The translations under genes were made by a program, and so were the position numbers. The notes under the pieces were generated by a model. It searched no databases and was not told the origin of the DNA. It saw only the letters and a program-made list of their open reading frames with translations. A stretch of 47,390 bases of DNA from Octopus bimaculoides (taxonomy: Eukaryota), in NCBI RefSeq assembly GCF_001194135.2, contig NC_068995.1:5846906-5894295 (forward strand), given 5' to 3'. Shown here piece by piece: positions 37,160 through 47,390 of the stretch. Position 1 is the stretch's first letter, and each line of letters starts with the position of its first letter.

Positions 37160-37353
37160 CTTGTGCATGTGTGTTTATGAAAAATGGGATAGTCATTGCT
37201 GGAACGCTGTTAGCTAGTGAAGATATAACTCATAGAACAAGAGCAAACACATTTAGAAAGATTCCTGAGAGTGGTGGGGGCACCATCTGTCGTTTCAAAT
37301 AATGTTGAGTGCGAAGAGAGAAGATATCGATTTCTCTGCGCTACTAGAATCGA

Positions 37354-37669
<316 letters not shown>

Positions 37670-37699
37670 ATAATAATAATTATAGAGGCTGTAACTGTA

Positions 37700-38085
37700 A
37701 CTGAGTGAGAAAATGTGAAGACTTTTTGAGAATGTCCAGTACGTATAGAACGGACCACGAAAGCTAATGAACCAGGTATTGTTGTGAAAGATCGAAACAA
37801 TAAATTCTGTTTATTGATTGATATGAGCATACCTTGTGATCATAAAATCTCGGCAAAAGAATTTGATAAGCTTAAAAAATATAAAGATTTGCTGACTGAA
37901 ATTGAAAAGATGAGGCACCTCAATACGGTGACAATGCCAATGATTGTAGGATCACTTGGAATGATCCAAAAAGCAACTGAAAATTATTAGAAAATTATCC
38001 CTGGCTCACCATCCATGCGAGAAATGCAAACAATTGTTTCAAATGGTTCGTCACTCGCATTGTGAAGAGTATTATCTCTGTGAGT
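37700..38085 (+). mobile_element. R4/Dong-like REL endonuclease domain relic
   Basis: ANEPGIVVKDRNNKFCLLIDMSIPCDHKISAKEFDKLKKYKDLLTEIEKMRHLNTVTMPMIVGSLGMIQKATENY*KIIPGSPSMREMQTIV..RVLSL*. Confidence 0.92.
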
Positions 38086-38334
38086 TTTCTTTCCGTCTTC
38101 CCTTTTATTTTCTTTGTTTTTTTCCTTATTTTCCCGTTTTCTTGATTTTCCTTCTTTCCCTTTTCTTCCCTCTTTTTTTCTATAATATAACTTGACTTTT
38201 GTAAAGGAACAATCTGGTGTGTTCATTGTATTGGCTTAGCAATGCATACAGTGAATTTCTATGCCCTAGGTGTCGGTTAGGCACTCAGCAAGAAATAGAA
38301 AGAAAATTCAAAGAAGAATAAAACAATAATTTAA

Positions 38335-38527
38335 GATTTTGGTACAAGACCGGCAATTCTGGAGAGGAGGTAAGTCGATTGCATTGATCCCAGAGCTCAA
38401 CTGGTACCTATTTTATCGACTCCAAAACGATGAAAGGCAAAGACAACTTCGGCGGAATTCGAACTCAGATTTAAGTTTAGGATTGCCCCCAGTGTGCTTA
38501 CGCTTCTACTACCAGCTCGCCGCTTTC
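38335..38527 (-). mobile_element. SINE family A, internally deleted or diverged
   Basis: On +: AACTGGTACC..TATCGACTCCAAAACGATGAAAGGCAAAG..CTTCGGCGGAATTCGAACTCAG..CCAGCTCGCCGC. Confidence 0.85.
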
Positions 38528-39095
38528 GTAATTATTTATTCAGAACAATAGAAATATGAAGACGAATACTTAGTAAATGTTATCAGCACAAAACACTACC
38601 AGATATTTCCTTTAACCACCTGGCAGAATTACTGCAAGGTAATTCGTTCGTCACACTCACAATTTAACAAGCTCACTACTCGCGATAAGACATATTTCAG
38701 GTGTAGTATATCGATCTCAGTACACCACTGATACATATGCTTCTCGTGTTGTAAGATTCGTGCCCGACGTAAAACGGGAGGAAACAAAATAAACTGAAGG
38801 GAATTCTATCAGACTTACACTGATTCTAAAAAATATTTAAAGAAATACATAGTTACCAAACCAAAAGTTTATAAGTTTGGAAGGAAAGCAAAGCTTGTGC
38901 TATCATCCATCCTCAATGAATGACTGGTAGCATATTATAGTAACATCATAGAAACTAAATAGAAAGCGCAGGCGTTATATACACTGCAAAGATAAAACTT
39001 CATGTGTAAACGGTATTATGTTACTCATCACCAACTCTTAATATAAACAATAGGTATAATGTATTGCATAAACACGAAGCCAAAACTACTTACTA

Positions 39096-39156
<61 letters not shown>

Positions 39157-39206
39157 GCACACAGTATATATGCACTTACATATTCATTAGAACATAGACA
39201 CACATG

Positions 39207-39264
<58 letters not shown>

Positions 39265-39509
39265 TGTAGATATATCAATTCTTTATACATATATTAATGG
39301 CACCGCTCCAGCCTGCCCACAGCATCTGGCTGAAACAAGAAAGCATCAAGGTAGAAATTTAAGTAGATATTAATATAAAATATATCGTGTTTTAGAAATA
39401 CAAACTTATATATATATAAGTAGCCAGCGGGGTAGCAGCATCTGAAAGCTGAAACAATGGAAAACGCACTGTAATCGGTGATGTATAACAATATTAATCG
39501 TGTGAGCAT

Positions 39510-39553
<44 letters not shown>

Positions 39554-40744
39554 ATGAGGGGTTTAGTTCACTTCTGATCTAAACGAATAGGTACGTTGTG
39601 CAAGTGCTATCGTTGAAAATCTGTTAGATTCCATGCTTACAGCTGAGGCTGGATCTAGGAATCCGTATTAGGGTTCTGTTATAACAGATATATATCATAT
39701 TAGAGGAAAAAGCAAAACTAAAGCATAACGAATATCTTAAGTCATTTAGAATAATTTTATCAGAGTAAGGTGCATGTGACGTCTTACAGCCGTTTCTGGG
39801 GTAACTGAAGTAGTAGGTTACTATCTCCAGCACTGGGTATTCCGTCATCAGAGACAAGGTATGAATATGTTAAACGTGGAAAATTTACAATTTACAAGAA
39901 TAAAATAGATTCACAGTTTACATGGAATAAAATAGATTAAAGGACAAATACAAGAATAAAAAGTAAAGTTAGGTAAAAGAATACAGGCGGATTATATGGA
40001 TGTTAGTCGGTACTTCGAGGAAGGTACGGCTCCTTAGTTAAAATCTCAGGTAAATCCAGGCCGCCTTTTTAGCAGTATTTTGAATGATGAAATGTGGACT
40101 TACGACAGCTTAACATAATATGATAGCAACAATATTTATTACAAATAATATATATGAGAAATTGATGATAGTGGTATGCCCCAGCATGGTCACTGCCTTC
40201 AAGCTGAAACTCATAATAAAGGAAATAAAAGAAATACTCACACATATACACACACACACACACACAAGCACGCACGCACGCACATATACAAACTCACATA
40301 CTGCAATAATCAAACACACACACACACATATATATATATATGTGCGTATATTCATATGGGTGCATTAATGTGTGTCTGTGTGTGTCCTAATTACATAAGG
40401 TCCTGTACCGCAGAATATCAGAAAACAGAAGCACGAGACACATAGAGACAAAAATAAGCAATAGTTTATATGACTTGTGCGCGTGTGCACATATATACAT
40501 ATACATGCATACACATATGGGTATATATCTGCGAAATACGTGTATGCTTGAGCGTGTGTGCGTATGTGTGTAGGAGTATGTATATCTACACACACATGTG
40601 TATATGTGTGTGTGTGTATTCGAATTGTGGTTCCATCTTTGATGTGTAATATCGGTAAATTACAAAGAGACTGATGAGGAATTTATTACAAACCAAGATT
40701 AATTCTATTGTTTTCATTTTATATATAAGATATATATGTACATA

Positions 40745-40782
<38 letters not shown>

Positions 40783-40848
40783 ACACATATATATGTATAT
40801 ATATACGTGAGTGTGTGTGTGTGTGTGAGTGTATATATACATGAATGC

Positions 40849-40901
<53 letters not shown>

Positions 40902-41080
40902 CATGCGTATATATATATATAGATATAGAAATATATACGTTTATATTGTTACTTTTACCATCAAATAATTAATTTCCGTAGACAATAGAATTTTGGACTT
41001 ACAGTTGTAAGATAGACAACTTATATGTATATTTAGATATATAGTCATGTATACATAATTACTTATATATATATATATGT

Positions 41081-41120
<40 letters not shown>

Positions 41121-42444
41121 TATCCTGTATACATATCTATATACACATATATCTTCAAATATATATAATTATATATATTTATACTTTCACACACAAGCCC
41201 CCCTCATCCACACACACAGGTACACACACATATACACACACATATGTAGATATGAACTTACATCACGGCAAGAAGCTCAAACGAGCGCATGAATATAAAA
41301 CTCTTTCATTCACGAAAAGCTAACCCCAAAAGAATTGCCGATGGTGGCATGCTGGAGCATTGTCGCTGCCTTCGGGTCGAAACCCACAAAGAAGCAACAG
41401 AAACACACTCATACACGTTTCTACAAACACACAGGCACACTTACACGCACGCACGCACACACACACACACACACACACATATGCCTGAGTGCATGTGTGC
41501 TTCGTGTACATCTATTGGATGTATATTCGTACGCATTTAACGATTTCTCTGCAAATACTCAATGTCTGGATAGTTTTCAAATGAAAATGATAATTTTATG
41601 ATATACAAGTTATTTCTTCTCCATGTTGATTAGTTTCTCTCCAGTAGTCTGCTGGAAACTGAAGGCAAGCAATGTGGCAATTTCTCAAAAATTTTCGAAA
41701 ATATTTCCTGTAACTTCTATTCCAATCTTCATCATAAATTGGAATTACTTTGAAAATTGCCCGTCAGACCCAGAAAATTAATTAATCAAATACGTTTTTC
41801 TCTCCATTTTTTCCTACTTTATTTCTCTAATTCTTATGTTGTATTCATACATAATGTATTATTTGTTATTTGTTATACGATGTATGAAACTCCGTATATT
41901 ATTATAATATTATGTTATATAATGCTCTAAGTGAAGGAGCGACGCGTTGTGGTCTAGGTGTTCTTTCACTCACGGAGTCACCACTGATATATATATTCAG
42001 TTGTGTCTGCTCGTCGGAGGCCAGGTGTGAGTACAGATGAATGGAAGACTTCGAACTTCACGGTACACAACCATGCCGTAATATTTATGATTTAGTGGTT
42101 TACAAATTTAACCACAACGATTATTGTTAGTGAAGGTGACTTTTGTGTTGATGTCTACTTCATGGAACGATACAGGCAGGTGCTGAATACTGTGATAAAT
42201 AAAACGATATTTGGTTGGAAGTGTTTGTGTGAATATTTGCGTCGTAATGATTCATGAAGCTTACGTTGGATATTTCAGAGATATACTGTAACGTAGGGAT
42301 GGGAAAACAGGCCCTAACACTTCTGATGCAAAGCGAAACACGAAGACGATACATACGAGGTGGGAATGACTGTTTGAGATATTCTTCTATTCTAATAAGG
42401 CAAATAACAAGAGACTTCAACCATCAATAGAACAATGAAATATA

Positions 42445-42609
42445 GTTCTTTGCGCGATCTGAGTTCAAATTCCGCCGAGTCGACATTGCCTTTCATCCTT
42501 ACGGGGTCGATAAATTAAGTACCAGTTGAGTGCTGAGGTCGATTTAGTCGAATATCTCCCTCCTTCAAATTTAAGGCCTTGTGCTTGTAGCAGAAAGGCA
42601 TTATTATTA

Positions 42610-42640
<31 letters not shown>
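42445..42640 (+). mobile_element. SINE family A, 5'-truncated, (ATT)n tail
   Basis: CTGAGTTCAAATTCCGCCGAG..AAGTACCAGTTG..GGCCTTGTGCTTGTAGCAGAAAGG followed by (ATT)n. Confidence 0.9.
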
Positions 42641-42641
<1 letters not shown>

Positions 42642-43113
42642 GCGAAAGTCAAAATATATTGAGAGTTGAAATCGTAGTATTAAGACTAAGAAGATAATCT
42701 GGATTTGGAAAGAAAATCTAAGAAAGACTAAGAAAACGAAACAAAAAAAAATAATAATATACAAACAAAAAACGCCAACTCCGTGTAGTTGTATGTAAAT
42801 GGATGAATATTTGACAAGGGGTAGATGGATTAATGATAGAGATTAAGGGGAATATTCCTTGAATGCCACGGAAGGAAGTGTTCTGAGTCTGTGAATCGGT
42901 GAACAAAAGACAGGTATATAGACACAATTAAGCACCGAGATGCTAGATGGATGGTGGGGGGAGGGAGAAGGAGGCAGAAAGAAAGAGAGGTGGCAGAGAG
43001 TGATAAATAGATATTCCGTTATGTATATACGTGTGTGTGTATGTTTGCGTGTTCCTATTCATCTATGTGTACGTAGATAAATATCGGGCTTAATATAATA
43101 TACATATACATTC

Positions 43114-43159
<46 letters not shown>

Positions 43160-43653
43160 NNNNNNNNNNNNNNNNNNNNNNNNNNNNNNNNNNNNNNNNN
43201 NNNNNNNNNNNNNNNNNNNNNNNNNNNNNNNNNNNNNNNNNNNNNNNNNNNNNNNNNNNNNNNNNNNNNNNNNNNNNNNNNNNNNNNNNNNNNNNNNNNN
43301 NNNNNNNNNNNNNNNNNNNNNNNNNNNNNNNNNNNNNNNNNNNNNNNNNNNNNNNNNNNNNNNNNNNNNNNNNATATATATATATGCATATATATATATA
43401 TATGCATATATATATATATATATACATACATACATACATACATACTTTCATATATTCATATATACATAGGCAGATAGTCAGACTGATTGACAGATAGATA
43501 GATTGGTAGAGGAACAGACAGAGATAAATAGATTATATTAAGAACAGGATGAATGGTATAATTTAGGGATAGAGGCATGACTAAACAATATAGGTATATG
43601 TAACTATGTGTACAGATATTTATATACGTATGTGTGGGATGTACAGGTGTTAT

Positions 43654-43703
<50 letters not shown>

Positions 43704-44123
43704 GAGAAAGAGAGAAAGAGATAGGTATACAACAATTATAGGTACACGTAAATGCTTATATACTCGCACATATACAGTCATACATACATACATATAAACA
43801 TACATACCTACATAACTACATACATACATACATGCATACATACATACATACATACTTACTAATATCCATACATACATACACAGCTTTCATGTAGAATTAT
43901 AGTGATACTTTGGAAGAAAAAAAACTAAATAGAAGGGGAAATATTTGGCAAGACATAGTGATGTATAAAAAAACGAAAAATCATAAGAAACAGACAATAA
44001 AGGAACGGAAAGATAAAGAAAAAATATGTTAAAGGAAAAATAAATAAAAGCCAGAACAAAAAAGAATGAAAAATTTGTGAATGAGTTAATCTAATGACGA
44101 GATAAGTTATCNNNNNNNNNNTG

Positions 44124-44157
<34 letters not shown>

Positions 44158-45676
44158 TATACACACAAACACACACGTGTACACACACTCACACACTCAC
44201 ACACTCACTCACACACATACATACATGCGCACATACACACATACACACACACACACATATATATATATCAATCTCTGTCACTTCCTTTCTATCTCACCGT
44301 TCCTCTTTACTTCCATACTTACTGCGATAATGATGGTACATACTTGATCTGATTCAATTTTTTGTCTCGATGAATATCTGAATTATCCTTATCTCCCCTT
44401 TTTTTCCTGCCTTTAAGTCCTATGTCCAATGACGTTGCGATAATACCTATCGTATATAAGACAGTCTCATGTATTATATTCCAAGGATCAGCACAATTTG
44501 AAGTAGGAGTAAGACGAAAAGAGACGTAATGATGGTAGAGATGAGGGTAGGACGTGGTTGTTAGTTATTTTCGCTTCAATCCCCCAACAATCCCGGCACA
44601 GTTCGGTTGTGTATGATAATCGCCTAAGCAACCAGGTCTTATCGCTTATTCACAGATTTCACAGATCCCTTGTATGCTAGAGATATTATATATATATATA
44701 TATATATATATNNNNNNNNNNNNNNNNNNNNNNNNNNNNNNNNNNNNNNNNNNNNNNNNNNNNNNNNNNNNNNNNNNNNNNNNNNNNNNNNNNNNNNNNN
44801 NNNNNNNNNNNNNNNNNNNNNNNNNNNNNNNNNNNNNNNNNNNNNNNNNNNNNNNNNNNNNNNNNNNNNNNNNNNNNNNNNNNNNNNNNNNNNNNNNNNN
44901 NNNNNNNNNNNNNNNNNNNNNNNNNNNNNNNNNNNNNNNNNNNNNNNNNNNNNNNNNNNNNNNNNNNNNNNNNNNNNNNNNNNNNNNNNNNNNNNNNNNN
45001 NNNNNNNNNNNNNNNNNNNNNNNNNNNNNNNNNNNNNNNNNNNNNNNNNNNNNNNNNNNNNNNNNNNNNNNNNNNNNNNNNNNNNNNNNNNNNNNNATAT
45101 ATATATATATATATATATACGTATAATATATACATGCATATATATGCATATATATGTGTGTGTATATATATTTACATACACACACACACATATGCACTAA
45201 ATACATATTAATACAAATATATTATATATATATTATATAGGCATATATATATGCATACATACACACACATACATACACACACCTATATACCTATACATAT
45301 CGCTGTCTCTATTTAGGAATAAATATGCAAATACATAGATGCAGACACATATCTACATACAAACTTACATAAATACAGGCAGACACATATAAACTAACGA
45401 TCAAGTGTGTATTTATCTAAACTGCTTTGCTCTACGTCAATGATCTTCAATCAACTTTATTCAATCATATAAACTTCGGTTTATTCACCGATTCCTTGGT
45501 CAACGGTCATCAAGCACAACGAGATCCGATTAACACAACATACAACGCACAACTTTAAACCGCATTCATCACAAAAACATATCCATGTATCAAAATACAG
45601 CAAATCTAATAGAATTATCACTGTATATTGAATCTTCCACGTTCGTAGATATACAAATGTTCTCTATCCTATACAG

Positions 45677-45700
45677 GCTGACAATGAAATTCGAGAAGAC
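45677..45700 (+). CDS. Candidate 24-nt microexon (ADNEIRED, or LTMKFEK in another frame)
   Basis: Acceptor tgttctctatcctatacag and donor gtaagt; length divisible by 3. Confidence 0.35.
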
Positions 45701-46189
45701 GTAAGTAAATAAGCGAGCTCCCATGCTAGACAGCACTGCTCAATCTCTATTGTATTATGTTTTACAAAGGAAGCTACCAATTAAACGTAAGGGATACTGT
45801 GCTGAACAATATTGCTAAGGAAACGCTGTTTGCAAATGGGTTTTTTTTACGTAGTACATTACTGGAAATAAATTTGATATATCCAGAAAGATGAAATATG
45901 AAGTGGACCACTTCTGAACTCATATAACTTTACATTTATTATTGTTTAACCCTGGGGTAAACCATATTTAGACGACCTATGATATAACCGTTTCCAGCTA
46001 TGATCGTTTACCAAAATCACCATCACCACCACCATCATCATCATGATCATCATGATCATGATCATCATCATCATCATCGATATCATCATCATTATTATAA
46101 TGATTATTATTATTTGATAAGCTAGCAAACCCGTTGGAGCGTCCAAAAGATTGTTTGCTGTGTTTTTTTCCGGCGCTTTACCTACTCAA

Positions 46190-46325
46190 TTCATATGCCG
46201 CTGAGGTCATCTTTCACTTCCAACCTTGTGAAGTCGATAAAATAACTCAACTGGCAAGTATAGAGGTCGATGTAGTCGATTTGTTCCTCCTCCTCGGAAG
46301 TGCTGGCCCTGCGTTAAAATTATTG
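46190..46325 (+). mobile_element. SINE family A 3' part, highly diverged
   Basis: GCCGCTGAGGTC..CTTTCAC..GTCGATAAAATAA..GAGGTCGATGTAGTCGA. Confidence 0.55.
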
Positions 46326-46378
46326 TTGTTTTTGTTTAGGTTCTCGTTGCCACTGCTGCTGCTGCTGTTGTTGTTATT

Positions 46379-46600
46379 AAGGTGGGGAGCTGAGAGGTTT
46401 GTTAGCACACCGGGCAAAAATGCTTGGCGGCGTTTCCTCCGTCTTCACTTCCTCAGTTCAAATTCTGCCGAGCTCGACTCCCATTTCATCCTTTCAGGAT
46501 CGATATATTAAATACCAGTGAAGCATTAGTGTTCTACGTAATCGACTAGCTTTCTCCCCATTAATTTCAAGTTTTGTCTCGCTAGTACAATGGATTATTA
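46379..46600 (+). mobile_element. SINE family A, diverged full length
   Basis: AAGGTGGGGAGCTG..TTAGCACACCGGGCAAAAATGCTT..GTTCAAATTCTGCCGAG..TAGTACAATGGATTATT. Confidence 0.82.
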
Positions 46601-47336
46601 GTTTTGTTTTAAATAATAGTGAGTCCAGAATATCACCATCACAATTTCGATGTGCTATTACAATTCAACTTTTCTAGCTACTTCACAATGTTATTATGCA
46701 AGAGATGGTTGTATATTGGCGGTAGAGTCAGTAATATGTGAGGGAGAAAGTCCTACATTTTTATTCTGGTTTTCTGCGCATCGACATCAAATCTACCTCT
46801 GTATAACACTGCATTTAAACTTTCCTTGTTCCATAAATAATATAAAAGTAGCGAACTTGAATCGATCCTTTTTCTCTCTCACACACATACACGACACATA
46901 TCACAATCAGCAAGGCTGTGCTGTGAGGAGGGTCATGGGAAGAATATTAACAGAATGAATTTCATCTTCAATACATGGGCGATACTTGCAAGATGGGATG
47001 GCAATTTCTTTATAAACAGAAAACAGTTTTTTTAAAGGAACTGTCCATGAAGATATCGAATCCCAAAAGCATAGCGGGAAACAAAAGGAAACAGCAACTT
47101 AAAAGAAAATTTTGACGGCTGATTATGCGCGCGTTTAGATTTCTCGAAATTTCCCTGGCCCGTCTATTCTCTTCATGTCTACCATTCAGAAGAAGAGTGA
47201 ATGTTCGAAATATTCCGATGATTTCATTCTCTCTTTTTTTTATCCTTTTCCTGATCGTGAAACTAATACCGATTTTATGTCTATTTTTTTAGCTTATCAT
47301 TGTGTTGGAATTTTCTGAAACCTTCCACTATATATA

Positions 47337-47372
<36 letters not shown>

Positions 47373-47390
47373 TATATATATATATATTTG

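Noticed and set aside
40670-40705. CTGATGAGG..CAAAC hammerhead-like start
   Set aside because: No GAAA core and no stem II pairing.
41590-41760. Minus-strand VIPIYDEDW..CLQFPADYW resembling the TIR C-terminal part
   Set aside because: Only loose resemblance, no donor site, and the order relative to the 9817 candidate is wrong for a single domain.
44322-44377. Minus-strand DIHRDKKLNQIK resembling a kinase HRD loop
   Set aside because: The motif deviates from HRDLKxxN, the acceptor is weak, and no other kinase subdomains are seen.

Overview
Eukaryotic, very AT-rich, microsatellite-saturated genomic DNA with 12 assembly gaps. The repeat content looks like an octopus (cephalopod) genome; this is inferred from the tRNA-derived SINE families and the microsatellite load, and was not database-checked. 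No host protein-coding gene can be confidently identified, and nearly all supplied ORFs are microsatellite or N-gap artefacts. The well-supported content is a retroelement graveyard. It includes at least 5 fragments of R4/Dong-type non-LTR retrotransposons (RT and restriction-like endonuclease), most of them embedded in (TAA)n. There is one RTE-type RT C-terminus, two Tc1/mariner maT-type transposase relics fused in inverted orientation (DD37D spacing visible in one), and about 20 SINE copies of 3 families, several with 12-18 bp target-site duplications. A few candidate exons with good splice signals suggest the window may be intronic to a sparse gene; the best are + 31199-31397 and a 24-nt microexon at + 45677-45700. 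I cannot support a wholly new biological system. The best leads are the (TAA)n-nested R4/Dong train, a SINE with twin-priming-like inversion geometry, the inverted maT chimera, paired degenerate hammerhead-like motifs, and SINE tail swapping.
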